The notes under the pieces: model-generated
Seen by the model: only the letters and a program-made list of their open reading frames with translations
What the model was told of the DNA's origin: nothing
The model's database searches: none
Made by a program: the position numbers and the translations under genes
Assembly (NCBI GenBank): GCA_017499595.2
Contig: CM038998.1
Span: 1,364,001-1,428,000 of the forward strand
Length of the DNA: 64,000 nt
Direction: 5' to 3'
From: Psilocybe cubensis
Taxonomy: Eukaryota
Part shown: one piece after another, positions 38,450 through 51,524 of the stretch
How positions within the stretch are numbered: position 1 is the stretch's first letter
How the letters are laid out: every line of letters begins with the position of its first letter

Positions 38450-39640
38450 CGAGCCGTGATTGTGAGCCTCATTGCGCACAGCTTCGGTATAATATCAACT
38501 CGCCGAAATGAACAGTATATTCTGGACGGTGAGATACTCATAACTGGTATACTCAGGTTCTATCGATGAGGTATAGGAAGAGCAATGACTCACCGCCGAC
38601 CTTGACCGTCTTTACAATCCGTTGGACAATTATGAAAGAGGCTAGTTTGACCGCGGTCCGAAACTTGCAAGTGGACTGTCTAATTGCCCATAAGTGATCA
38701 ACTGACTAATATGCCCATCTGTCCTAAGCCAAGAATTTGGCGAGTGTCTATTGATATATTCCAGGCGACTTTAAATGAACAGGCGCCTCGCTTCCTCGCG
38801 AGTCGCAAGACACCCCTTTGATCCCATCGTTAGGATAAGCCACATCTCGTGAGCTCGCTTGCAAGCAGTACACCGGAGGAAAATAGGATTAAGCCGATTT
38901 GGTTCCCATAGTATATGTCCCATTTGAGAGTAGTTTTTGATATTACAAGCCCTTTCAAGTTCGTTCAGTATTACAGGTATTCGTTTCCCAAAGAAAAACC
39001 ATGCGGTGGTCCCGAGAATCCAGGGGGCATAAGTGAAAATCTTCCTCAAAGGAAACGCCATCAGTATAGCCACCGCTATCGACGAGCCATCTTTCCTCTT
39101 TCTGAAAGGAACAAGGGCTTCGCGTTTTTAGCAAGGTAATACCTATACCCCACTCTCGGAAGATCGACGCCTTCATTGTACTGCTCACGCTGTCCGATTT
39201 TGACCAAGACGCTCCAGAAGTGTCCCTGCGACCTAATATGTCGTGTAGCCTGTCATCGGAGAAAAAAAATGAGTGGTGCGCCACCGTGCTGGGTGCGGCA
39301 GATCGCATTGGTTCAGGGCACGTTCCAAAACCCAATCGGCCAAAATAGATAGGAAGTATTGTGATTCAATATGAATTGACAATGCCAGAGTAAGAGTCAA
39401 AGATATGAAAGAGCGCCCAGGCCTAGGTTCAATAGAACAAGGAACGTGGTGAAAGACAAGGGACACAATTCTGACCTGACAAAGGCTGTGGAGGCGCCAA
39501 ATGACTGTGATGAGAGTAAAAGCACGAGTCTGGAGCAAAAATCCAAGATAACTGGGAAGTTAGGAAGAGTGGCGAAGGCTTCTCTTCCATCGACAGCAGA
39601 GGTTCGCTAATGTAATGGAGGCCCGATGACGATACATTGT
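38450..39640 (-). pseudogene. Possible degenerate gene remnant (weak F-box-family resemblance)
   Basis: Fragments ITLANLCCRWKRSL* and WVLERALNQCDLPHPARWRTTHF, interrupted by stops and frame changes. Some splice-like signals are present. Confidence 0.22.
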
Positions 39641-40568
39641 CGTATTCCACGACCGTGGTCCAAAAAACCTAGTTGGTTAGTATACCTTGCCATTTTCTAC
39701 GTTCTTGACAAATGGCATGTTAGGAACAGGATTCGTGTACAAAATGACGCTGAGCGAGATGTGTCAAGCTTGCACAAAAATAGAGGATTAATTAGAGCAT
39801 ACCTGGGTCGCAGTTAGAAAACTTATATTTCCTTAACCCTGGCTGTGAGCCCATCCATCGGATACACTCTGATCGTGGACAGAGGTATTTAAAGAATTAA
39901 GAACAGAAATGAAAACGGTGATGTGTATCAACTTCATTATAATCGCACATGACGCTTATACTTAGTGTTGTATACAGAGCGTAGCGGTATGATTGGCTGG
40001 CGAAACTTTAAGACCGTTAAGTAGTCCAGCAAGGACCGCAGACGCCTTTGTCCAGGACCAAGACGCGACATGTTGAATAACGAGGTCTGAGACAAAGTTG
40101 ACGATTTCGGAAGGACTTCTGCGTGTGATGGGAAGCATAGTAGACCGCAAAAGCAAAGGAGACCTGTACATGCAAAAGATCGACAAGCTTCAAATTGAAT
40201 AGAACATAGGGACGAGTGAGGCAAGAGCCAGCAGTAAGAGTATATGGATGTTTTGTTCGAACGTTGCGACTAAGCGAAAAAGGGCCGTTGACGCGTGTGA
40301 CACTAATATCACATGACCCTCTGTGGTATTGAGGAGCGTCTGTCACTATGATATAGTGTCACGCCGCACCCCTTTTTCCACCACGCAGGGCAACCTCTGC
40401 AGCGTTTGCTGCATCCTGCTCACGACTAACGATATCCTATCACATCACTGGATAATATCAGGGAGTATCCATCCAGACAATCCTTTAATTAGTGCTTGAT
40501 CTTCTCTGCGATACCCTTTCATTGCCTCTGGTGCCAGTAAAGTCCATATCCAAATCATCTGGTTGACT

Positions 40569-41729
40569 ATGTGGTAAGTTCTCCCCTTTGGGAACGATAT
40601 CTCTGATTTTTTACTAGGTTTCTTATCCTCCCAGGTGTGACAATTGCTTGCTCGTGCTTCCTCTTGTGAGTTGTCCCAACTCCCATGGTCGGAGTAAAGT
40701 GTCTGATCCGTCCGTTTCGTCTGTGTTTTACAGAGGGGAGGAGCTATTGCCTGGGCTGTCGTGATCGCTGTAAGAACCTTCATGCTCCGCTTTATCCGAC
40801 CCGAGAAAGCTAACGGCATTGTAGGCGTACAGTATCGCTGGTGGTGTTTTCTTGTTAATGAAGGGCCAGTTTCTCTTCTTCGTCTTCCCAGAATGGTAAA
40901 ATATTATCATCTTTGATGTGTTCCACTCCATGCTATGCTATTTGAATGATACTCACTAATTCGACGATGATCAGGCAAATCTATGGAGGTATTGGTTTGG
41001 GAGTTGCTGCTGCTGCGGTCATCAGCATGTTTGCACTGTCCAATGTTAGTATCCTTACGCGAAGTTTCTCCAGTGCAGGAGCTCCGACTGTGATCGGTAA
41101 CTGATCCCTCTCTCTTTATTTTTTTATAGCGATCGTACATTTGGATACGTGTCGTCAAATTCCTTTGGCCATTCGTTATTGTGATATGTGCTGTCCGAGC
41201 TATCATAATGATCGTCCAACTCCAACGAGGGTAAGCACAATAATTTCCTGTTTCTAACTTGTCCTTCTCGTCCTAATTCTTGACCCGCTGATATTAACTC
41301 TGTATTTATTTTACGTACGTGATAACAGGCAAGACAAGATCACATGGGAGTGCAATAATGGCGGACAGCTATGGAATTCTACTATGGCTGCGACGACGAC
41401 TACGGCAGATTCTGGATCTATTCCGAGTGGGTTCTGCACTCTAGGGTTTGCCAGCCTAAATACCGCCTTCATAATTTCGCTTCTCGTGGACCTAGTCTTC
41501 CAGGTAGGTGATAGAGACATTGTCCCTCGGACGCAAACTGATAACGGGAAATGTGACATCTAGTTTTACATGTTCTTCTTGACATGGCGTTTCTCGAAGC
41601 GGTTGGAACACTATTCAACCATGAAGGGGCCATTCCACGGAGGTGAGAAAATGAAACCCTATACCCCACAGTGACACACAGAGGATAAGCTTATGCCTGA
41701 TTTGTACAGGGTATTACAATGCATACTAA
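40569..41729 (+). CDS. Small four-transmembrane protein (tetraspanin-like topology), 9 exons, not in the ORF track
   Basis: Spliced: MW|CDNCLLVLPL|RGGAIAWAVVIA|AYSIAGGVFLLMKGQFLFFVFPEW|QIYGGIGLGVAAAAVISMFALSN|RSYIWIRVVKFLWPFVIVICAVRAIIMIVQLQRG|QDKITWECNNGGQLWN...SGFCTLGFASLNTAFIISLLVDLVFQ|FYMFFLTWRFSKRLEHYSTMKGPFHG|GYYNAY*. All eight introns are GT-AG and preserve the frame. Confidence 0.85.
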
Positions 41730-42293
41730 GGCATTAGAATTCTTTATTCTGTCGAGACCCACGGACCTTGTTCTTAGCGGCGCCCTGTCTTTATCAGTTT
41801 TTTTGTTATGTTCTCTACTTGGACAAGCTTACGACCCGTCACGAATTTACGACATGCCTACGATGCCCGGCATCGCTGGTTTATGACAACCTTGTTTGCT
41901 ATTGCGAGCTAGTAACTATTTTGAGTGAAAGACCGGATAAATGGAGTGGGTATAGTAGTGAGAGAGCAAGAAGACTAAGTCCGTATGGACACATCTGTAG
42001 ACCTTGATCGGACCAAAGTTGTGAAATTGGGAGAAAGGGCGAAACTGGGGGATTAAACGAACGATGGGGGGTCTTGTGACGAAGGGAGGAGATGTTTTGT
42101 CCCAGCAAGACCGAAAAGAGACGGAAAGTCGGATCTTGATAGGCGATAGAGACCCAGCTGGTTGGATAGCTATCACTGGCCGGTTTTCGGGGCGAAAAGG
42201 CGACGGTGGGCAGTGGGCAAACTTGAGAAAATATGTGGCGGTAGAGAATGCCTCGTGTGCACTCATCTCCGTTTCTTCAATCTCCGGCCCAGC

Positions 42294-42302
42294 TATATAA
42301 AG
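42294..42302 (+). promoter_or_regulatory. Probable TATA box of bHLH paralog 2
   Basis: TATATAAAG followed by a pyrimidine-rich leader, ~180 bp upstream of the ATG at 42481. Confidence 0.45.
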
Positions 42303-42480
42303 TCCACTCACCCAGGCCAGTCAATCATTCCCCATCTCCCTTCCTCCCGCCACCGCCTCCCGCCTCTCCGTTAGATCTTGCAGTTCCCCTCCTCCCAGGT
42401 AACTACATACTCCTCCTACCATATTTCCACCTGCTTATCGTCTCCTTAGCCCTTTCTTGTTCGAGCTCCACTATTCAGCA

Positions 42481-43595
42481 ATGTCGACCTCTACCTCCCA
42501 GATCCTTAACATCGACTTCGATCCAAAGGCTCCCTTCCCAGACTCCGTCTTTGAATCGTCGTTCGGCTACATGGACAGCGGCCTCGACTACTTCCAGTAT
42601 CCTCCCTCGTCCCCTCTTGGTGTTCCCGTCGGTCGTAAGTTGAATCCCGGCTGGCGCCTCTTTCAGCGCTAACTGTTATTGCATTTGCCAGTGCCCCAGA
42701 GCAGCCCAAACATGGACTACATGCCCATGAATGAGTACACCTACACATCGCCCTACGGACCCCCGTCTCCCCAGCGCCCCTTTACCCCGGCCGAAAGCAG
42801 CGCAAGCAGCAGCAGCAGCACCGGCGTCGCCCCACAGACGCTCAGCTACCCCCTAAGCGCCGGTGAGCTCTCTTCTGATGGCATGGCCTCTGGCCGCATC
42901 AGCCGCGGCAGTGGTTCTCACTCGCCCCCGGCTGTGTCCTACGCCGCCACCGTGCCCCGCTCCCACCGCTTCAACCCCATCGCTGTGCCCGCCAACAGGC
43001 CCAGCACCCGCGCAGCTGCCGCCCACAAGCGCACACGGTCAACAAGGGACCACGACGACTCCGATGACGATGATGACGAGGAATTCAAGCCTGGATCCAT
43101 TGCTGGAGCCACCGACGCCCCTCGGGACACGTGAGTTTCTATTTGTCTGTTGCTCTTGTTCTGCCATTCTTATCGAGCATTTAGGCGCCGCGAGACTGTT
43201 CGCAAGCAGCGCATCGAGTCCGAGCAACGTCGCCGCGATGAGCTCAGGGAAGGCTACTCTCGCCTCAAGGAGTACCTCCCAGCTTCGAACCAGAAAGCCA
43301 GCAAAGTCTCTCTTCTTGACCGAGGTGTGTATCCCTTCTGATTTTCGATCGATTGTCAATCTCTTATTTTCTTTCTTCTCCAGCTACAAGCCACATAAGG
43401 TATCTCGAAGCAGTCAAGGAGCAGCTAGAAGTTCGCCTCAAGAGCGCTGATGCCGAGGTCGCCCGTCTTCGCCATGTCAATGAGGCGTTGATGCTCGGCC
43501 GCATCCCTGGAGCACCCGTTCCTGCCGCCGCTTATGCTGACTGCCTGCCCTCGATGAACCCCGCTGACATCACCGCCCCCACAAAATTCTCGTGA
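42481..43595 (+). CDS. bHLH-leucine zipper transcription factor, paralog 2 (4 exons)
   Basis: Start MSTSTSQILNIDFDPK. bHLH-ZIP region: RKQRIESEQRRRDELREGYSRLKEYLPASNQKASKVSLLDRA|TSHIRYLEAVKEQLEVRLKSADAEVARLRHVNE. Confidence 0.92.
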
Positions 43596-45867
43596 ATACT
43601 GTCAGCAGGCAGCTTACCTGCCCGGCCAGGTTCTCGTCCATTTCTCCTCTCATCACTCACTGCATTTGATTTATGACAACGGACTCTCACGCATTCTATC
43701 TATCCCACGCATTGCATTTGTTTTGTTACTCATCTCCTTCATGATCGTCGATAACACACTGTTCAGGACGCCATGCTTATAGGCTTGTGGCATCCGACAC
43801 ATTCTTCCATGGTCCACACGATCTCCCACCATCTGCACCCCTCCTCTCTTGCAGCCGCGCTGCACATTTTTGTCGCCTGGATATTCTTGGTCGTCGATGT
43901 TTGGCCTGTGGTCATCTTCGAGCATCCTCGATTTTCAGGAATGACGAAGTGGAGGTTATCGTCGACGAAAACCGATTACGTTAATGGGACCCCCGGATAT
44001 CGGTTGATTCATGGCACGGGCACGACACCTCGCAAGACCCAGACTAGAGCTTGAGGCGTAATATCTTCCCGCTCTTAATGAGTGTGTGTGAGTGCATGCT
44101 TCGCCTACGTTTGAGGCGCTTTCTTGCATCCTATCTTTTTTTGAAACCCGTCGACTTGTCCACCATTGTAATCCCATTCCCATTCATCCCCATTCATCAA
44201 CCTGCTTGAGGCGACGACCACTTAATTGTGGTTACGTGCCTCGCAGCTGTGGCCGACACACTGGCATCGTACATCCTTCGTTCAACCATCTCCTCGAGAA
44301 TTCGGCAGACGATCCACAACATGGATATCAATTTTTGGCCTTCGATCGAAGCACCACCGTCCTGATCAGTCTACCATCGACATCTTCTCTGTATATTCTT
44401 TTCGCAGCATCTTTATTGTGAATTATTTGTTGTACCATTTTTGCTATTCCTCAACACCTCTTCTACTCTCCGCGAACCCCCTTCATATTCCGATCTTCGC
44501 CCGTGATGTCTGATCAACATACCCGGCGACGGTCAACTCCCGTTTACTCATCATGTATCCCTATCATATCTTCCTCACGTTCTCCTCGACTTTCACATAT
44601 CTCGCGCCTGTTTACCTGTTCCCTCTCGATCTCCCTTTCTCGTTTGGTCATTTTGCCGCACCATGTTCCTATTCGTGGGGCGCATGATGGCAGTCCTGTC
44701 ATGCTGGCATTGCACTCGGGATACGGAATCGGATAAGGTTTTATGACGGGCTTTTATCTTTGACGACGAAACGGATCTTTTTATTGCCTTCTTTGCTCAG
44801 TTGGAACCTAGCGCTTGGAACGTCTCTCGACCTCGCACCTACACCCCGTCCTGTCAACCCACCCGATGCGGTTCGGTCACATCCTGATGCCTTACCTTTC
44901 GCCTTCTTCGTCGCTGCCGCGCCTATAGCTACGGCTAGTCCGTCAGCTCGCGAACGCCTCGATCTAGTCGCTGAATAGTAGGACATTCATGGAACAGACT
45001 GCGGTCATCGGAAACAACGGCAGCCAGCAAATTCCGACGGCGGCTTATGCGACCGGTCTAATAGGGACTGTGGGACCCTTCATTGCCCAATCTCCTCGCT
45101 GAAGAGCTTGACGCTTTTCTCACCCTCCCATCTCCGGATTGCTGCCGCCCCGCTAGCTCGGTTTCGCTGGCGCCTTCGGGTTCGGGACACGGGTGTTTGT
45201 GGTATACTCCAGCTTGTCACAGCGTTGGCACACAAGTATCTATTTACGACTCGAGTTTTACGCCTTTTCATGACACCATTGTTCATTATCCCTTTCCAGA
45301 CATCCCCTCCCTTTATTCGTAGTAGTGTATATGCTTTGTATTGCGATGGGATTGCTATTGTCGCGCCTTCGTGTGCTTGCGCACGATGCGGTATTGCTCT
45401 CTCTGCTTTCGCTCCTCGCTATCCCGTTCTCCTCTACTTACGTACATCCTACCTCACGTTCATCCACCTCAATCTGAGATTGTGTTCTACATAGTTACGC
45501 TGTAGTACGATTTCTGTGTGATCTTACGACGCAATGAAACTCCACGTTAACCTGTATGTTTTGCAAGGTGTGAATACTTGTTAGTCAATTGATTTAAGAA
45601 CCTCTTAGAACGGTGGTATGTGAACCTGAACGTATCGAACTGTCGAGAAGCTTCCGGACCATTTGTCTATCTTTCCGTCTTGACTCATGTATCAACCTGT
45701 GGAGAAGATATTCATGTGGACGACGGCTTTCGGTACTGGAGTCTTGACTCGTCATTGATATTTTCTGACTTGAAAAGACCAAAAGGTTTCTGTTCAAATC
45801 CCCATCAAATCCAAATTGCAACTCTCTCTCTCTCCCCCACACACACATACATACCCCTTTAGATAAG

Positions 45868-46400
45868 ATGAGTGACACCGCTGCTCTGCAAAGACAACTC
45901 AGAATCAAGACCGGAGTTGTACAAAGGTCACTTTTTTCGGCAGGATTGATAAGATCGGGGAACTGACCACACTCTCATTCAGACTCCAGAAGGAGAGTAA
46001 GGTTTACATCGAAGAGACGAGTCAGCTTGAGGCGAGGCTCGCCAAGCTTACCGCGGAGAATGCGGATGAGTGGGATTTGAAGAATGCCGTAAGTCGAGTA
46101 CAAAAATTATGACCCCCCAAGGTTGAAGTAGTGCTGATATCGGGTCTGATATTGCCTAGGGCAAGATGGTCGACGAATCCAAGAAGATGATCCTCGATGC
46201 CTCGACTCGTCTGGGGAAGGCAGTGGAGGATCTTCAGGGACTTGTTGTGCGTAATCATAACAGCTACGTTTTACACAGTATCTAATTGTACTGAATATAA
46301 CCTCCAGACGTCGACCAAAGAAGAATCGGCTTTGCCTGCGGACGACGAGGCTCTCGTGAAAGCAGAAGAAGTCATCAAAGAAGGGACCACTACAGCGTAA
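45868..46400 (+). CDS. RBL2: Tubulin-specific chaperone / cofactor A (4 exons)
   Basis: MSDTAALQRQLRIKTGVVQR|LQKESKVYIEE..ADEWDLKNA|GKMVDESKKMILDASTRLGKAVEDLQGLV|..ALVKAEEVI matches the TBCA pattern (LKIKTGVVKRL.KE). Confidence 0.9.
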
Positions 46401-46535
46401 TTGACGTACGAAAATGCTGGGTGTGATAGGTTACAATGGATGTACATGTAAAAAAGGGACAGGCGGGAAATGTAATCATCGAACACGGACAATGTACACA
46501 ACGAATACCTTGAAAATGGCAGAACATAGGCCTTA

Positions 46536-47199
46536 TCATCCATGGACACCGTTCGCACTGGGACCTGACTGGGAATTCTGTCGAAATTCCTGATCTCGCG
46601 CGTCCTTTAAGCGGGTGAGAGCATCCAAAATACCCTTCCACGCGTCGCGTTCCACTCTTTCTTCTTGGAGTCCCCGGTTTGTCTGCAACACATTGCCATC
46701 TGCCGGAAGACCAACCCCAAGCGATGGGGGTACGAATCCTGGAGGAGGAGCATTGATCGCAGACGGTGCAATACGAGAATGCCTGATGTGAGCAAGTGAA
46801 GAACGTATAGCTACTTGGATTGACTACATGGATTATAAGGATTGGGGGGAGTTAGAATCCATCAAGCTTCGGAATGCATTCACAAACGCACGTCGAGGCG
46901 CTCAAAGTATTCGCTGACTTCAAGAACAAACTGCTCAGACCTTTCCTCGCCCTGTGGTAAATTATCACCTGGCGCATCCGTCTGTGGCAAGGTCAATAAA
47001 GAGATAGAGGATGCAGCGAGTGCGAGCAAGCGCGTTATGTCCTAGTATTGCGCTATGAGATCACACCGCGAAGATCAATTGTGAATAGGTTTACCTTATC
47101 CACTTCACCGAGGGCATATATTTGCCTAGCGGTTCGACTGGTTGTCCAGATAGGATCGATTTCCGTAGGGTCCACCTCATGCTCAGTGGTGGAAGCCAT
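46536..47199 (-). CDS. MED11: Probable Mediator subunit 11 (3 exons)
   Basis: RQIYALGEVDK|DITRLLALAASSISLL...EQFVLEVSEYFERLD|SIQVAIRSSLAHI is a two-helix pattern typical of Med11. Ends ANGVHG*. Confidence 0.7.
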
Positions 47200-47382
47200 T
47201 ACTTGAACGCTCAAGTGAAGAAGTCAAGTCAAAGGCAAGGCTCGAAATAGAACTGAGGTGTTTCCACCAATCACGCATCAGTATTGCATCAGTCAACAAT
47301 GGTGTCCATTCTGATATGCTAATTGTACAGAACATGTCCTTTCTTTTACTTTTCTTTAACACTCCTTATTTCGGGTAGACAT

Positions 47383-50300
47383 TCAGTAGCCCCCGTGTCT
47401 ACCTCCATGTCTCTTTCTCTTGTCGTCATCTGAATCACTGTCACCTCCTCGGCGGTTTCGACCGCCCCCAATATGAAGATTCTCAGCACCAAAAGTGTCA
47501 TTGCGCCCTCCGTAGCTCGGTGCATATCCTGATGAACCCTGGCCATGACCTTGTGGCTGCCTACCGTAACTTGGCGCATATCCAGATTGTTGGTATCCTC
47601 CGTATTCTTGTTGCTGAGTTTGTCCGTAGGCGGCTTGCCTGTGCCCGCCGTGGCTCTTCTGCTCGTCGTCCGAGTCATTTTTGTGACGACCATAACCTCC
47701 ATAGCTAGCTTGAGGCTGGTTTTTTCTGTGCTTCTTGTCATCGTCACTGTCCGAATCACGATCACGTCCTGACTTGTGAGGCCGAGAATCTTGTCCATAG
47801 GCTGTCTGACCGTAGCTTGGTCTATCGAATTGAGCACTGTACACTTGTCCTCCCCCACGTCGGTCGTCCTCATCATCTCTGCGAGCCTGATAGCCATACC
47901 CTTGACCACCTCCGCGCCGGTCATTGTCATCATCCCTGCGGGCGAGATGATCATAACCCGAACTACCTCCCCGTCGGTCGTTGTCGTCATCCCTGCGTGC
48001 TTGATGCCCATAACCTCGTCCACCTCCGCGACGGTCATCATCATCATCCCTACGTGCTTGATAACCTTGACCGCCTCCACGTCGAGTATCATCATCATCC
48101 CTGCGTACTTGATGTCCATAACCTTGACTGTTTCCTCCACGTTCCTCGTCCTCGTTCCTACGGTTTTGACGACCATAACCTTGCGAACCCCCTAAACGAC
48201 CGTCATCGTCGTCCCTACGACTCTGACTTCCATAAGCTGTTTGATTGTAAATATCATCTCGACGACCTCCATATCCTGCCGTATCGTTACGGCGTTGACC
48301 ACCAAATCCCCCATGACTATCTTGTCTCTGAGATCCTCCATATGGATCATCTTCGTCATTTCGACGTTGAGACCCATAGCCACCTATGGACGCTCCGTAC
48401 GCATTTGAGGAGTCGTTTCTGCGATAAGGACTACTCTGTTGCTGCTGTGTTTGGTTATACGACGTGTTTTGTCCATATGATGAATCGGCATGGGAGGGGC
48501 GGCCGTGGGCTTGTTGACCGTAAGTGTTAGATGCTTGAAGAGACGTTAATACATGCGCTGCATAAAATAAAGCGATGGAATCTGACCTGCGTAACCCGCT
48601 GCAGCACCACCTGCTACTGCAACTGCGGGCTTGTGGATTGGCTTGGTTCCATGGCCACAGCTACCATAACCAGCTTCCACCGTATTATCTAAACCGGGTC
48701 GTTTGTTTTTGTGGTTACGGACACTTTCCTGGATATTCACAAAACAACTTTAAACCGAGATGACCCATACACATAGAATCAGACAAACCTTGGTCAAACA
48801 GTCGAGAATCTCACGCGAGTCTCTACCAAGTCCATTGATCCAACGTTCCATGTGGTCGTACATTTTGTTCTGGATTTCAGATCGACCAGACGCATAATAT
48901 GGATGATGGAAGGCCTCAAGGATCTGTATTTTTGTAAATCAATGCAATAGATATGTTGTCTCTATACGTACTCGATCTAGAGTGTGGTCAGGGTTGTCGT
49001 TGTTTCCCCAGGCCTGGACAATGAGGTTGACGGTATTTTCAACAACGATCTGAGCGATCTTTCCAGCGGGCTCGTTAAGGATCAGACCAAAGTGATCCTA
49101 AAAGGGTTTTCAGGCAACATATGTGAATGAATAGTGGATGCCAGCCGACCTTAGAGAGAAGACTATGCGAAGGATCATGCGCTCTGGGGTTGTTGAACAC
49201 CTGTGAAAATCTTCAGAAAAAGTTTCACTTCTATCAGAGAAAGGTAGACGCACCTCATACTGATCGTCGTTGTCGATTACAGCTTTGCTACCTTCATCGA
49301 GGACTGCTGTTGCCTGAGTCAAGATTGGCTAGATAATTACTACCGGATCAGCAAGGAAATCACAAGTTTGAAGAAGTATTGCGTACCCCGAGATATGGTG
49401 CCAGAACGGTATAGACATCTGCGAACAATTAGTTCAACTCCGGGGGGTATTTCATGACCGCGTACACTCATTCATAGCATTGGATAATTCTTCGAGCAAA
49501 TTGGAGAGACCAGGAACCATCTCGATCTTCTTAATAATGTCTCTCATAACGTCATCACGCCATCTCAACAAATCCAAAAGTTTCTTTTGGATTTCAGGAG
49601 AGGCAATACTATCTGGATTGAAATCGAACGCCTTTGTTTCCTGTTGAATTTTCTCCCCTTGGTTAAGTTTGTCATCGTTTCCACCACCAAACTTGCTCAG
49701 AATGTTCTTAAGGGCGATAATCTTGGATTCGTTACCGCTTTGGGCAGCCTATACGAACAATTGGTTTGTTAGCAAGTAATTCAACGAATACGAATGTATT
49801 TGTTACATTATCGATCTTTTGAGAAAGGTCAGTGACGCTTGCCTGACTCAATTTGCTGAATCCAGATGTGAGTAAAGGGAAAATTATGTCTCACTCAAAA
49901 GCAATGAGACTTACTCTCCTGCTTCTCCTAATAAGGAGTGCAAAAAATCGGCGCCTTGATAAAGCAAGATTAAATGAAAAAATTGGAAAATTCGAGGTCT
50001 TAGAACTAACTTCCAAAAGTCCCCGTTACGAGAGGAGGTGCATGTCCATTTGGAGTATTGACAGTAACTAGTTAAAATCATTAAACAAAAAGTTTTAGTT
50101 CTTGAATCAAAACTAACCTTGATCACCAACATGGCAAAAAACTTGATTGTGGCCCATTTTTCGAAGAGCCAGTTCACACCAATTACTGTGGGCAAGTAGA
50201 TCTTCCAAAGTGTGAAGACCGGTGCCGAGAAGGCGGTATGCTTCCCAGAGGTCGGCATTTTCATTTCCGCCCGCGCGACGTCCGTGCTCGATGCAGGATT

Positions 50301-51338
50301 TGAGAGTTCGACGGATGAAAGCAGTCGATGTATCCCATCCTTGATCCTCTGTAGCCATATATTTCTTGGGACAGTCAGTAACATGCATAAATTAGTATTG
50401 CAAATTAATTTACTTTCATTCCAGTTCTTTCGTCAATTTCAAGCTCACGAGGATCAACAGGTGGACGGAGTTTCGGGTGATATTTTCGTGCATCTCCTTC
50501 AGTCTCGGCATAGCCCCTTTACATTGGTAAGATACGTATAGGATGATGCGATGTGGTTTGATATGTTCTCACTTAGGATTATCGATATGTTCCTGAATTG
50601 ACTTTGGTCGGCAAAAAAAATTGACATAAGAAGGCAAAAACGTACCACAGGAAGATAAACTCCGAGACGATCTGCAGTGACTTCAAATTCTTGAGAAGCG
50701 AACCCAAAAGTCTGAATGGTGTTGAGATAGCTGCATTAAAAGTATGTAGTTTGTGGGAGTAGAATAGACTGACCATAAATCCAAGAATAGAAACAACGAG
50801 GACCAATGTATCAGCAGACAGTTTGCTCAAACCAGCAATATCCATAGCCTTGTAGTTCAGATAAGTAAGTCAGCTCGATCAGAATATGTCACAGATATAC
50901 CTGAGAATAATCTCTGAGCCAATTTCCCTGCGTATAAGAACATTCAACTGTTGCGATTGGACTCGATTGATCAGTCTTGACTCACGAAGTAAACTTTTTT
51001 GATGTCACTTTTAGTGAATTTCGATCCTCCAGTGGCATGGTTGATCACAGTCGAGGCGAGTTTCCCCAAAAGACCCGACCCATGGGACGCCATCGCTGCG
51101 CCTCCAGCGGATTTAACCAACGTCTCCAAGATGTTTTCGATGTCTCCATGGCGGAAAGCTTTCTCTGAATTTGAGATTGCTTTATGAGGAGGATTCTCAG
51201 CGTTATCAAACGAAACGACGCACCATTGAGGTAAGCAAAGTCAGGGATGTCTCCAGCTCCAAAGGCATAAGTTTCGACAGGAAGTAGAACGATGAGAATC
51301 GTGAAAAGGAGGAAAGTATTTGTAAAGCTGTTTGCCAT
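47383..51338 (-). CDS. het-c: Het-C domain protein with a signal peptide and a Gly/Arg/Asp-rich C-terminal tail
   Basis: Signal peptide, then AFGAGDIP..AFRHGDIE..KKVYF|GNWLRDYSQ|AMDIAGLSK and AYRLLGTGLHTLEDLLAHSNWCELAL, the Het-C signature blocks. Confidence 0.93.
47840..48190 (-). repeat. About six coding tandem repeats of roughly 55-65 nt, unit GYGHQARRDDDDDRRGGG
   Basis: GYGRQNRRNEDEERGGNSQ GYGHQVRRDDDDTRRGGGQ GYQARRDDDDDRRGGGR GYGHQARRDDDNDRRGGSS GYDHLARRDDNDRRGGGQ GYGYQARRDDEDDRRGGGQ. Confidence 0.88.
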
Positions 51339-51524
51339 GTTGTGTGCAGAAGCAAGTATGGTGCAGGTAGTATATAGGAGGTTAATAGTCGAGTTGGGAG
51401 TTAAAAAGTGAAATCAAGGATTTGATTTGTCGTGTCTTAATGAGGAGCTCCCCCTAGTAATGCCAAGCCAATCTAGCCGTCGCAGATTATGACATAGTTA
51501 TCTACTTGCGCTTGGCATTTGGGA

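Noticed and set aside
47346-48530. 276 aa Met/Val-rich and 237 aa His-rich ORFs
   Set aside because: Alternative-frame and antisense readings of the Het-C repeat tail.
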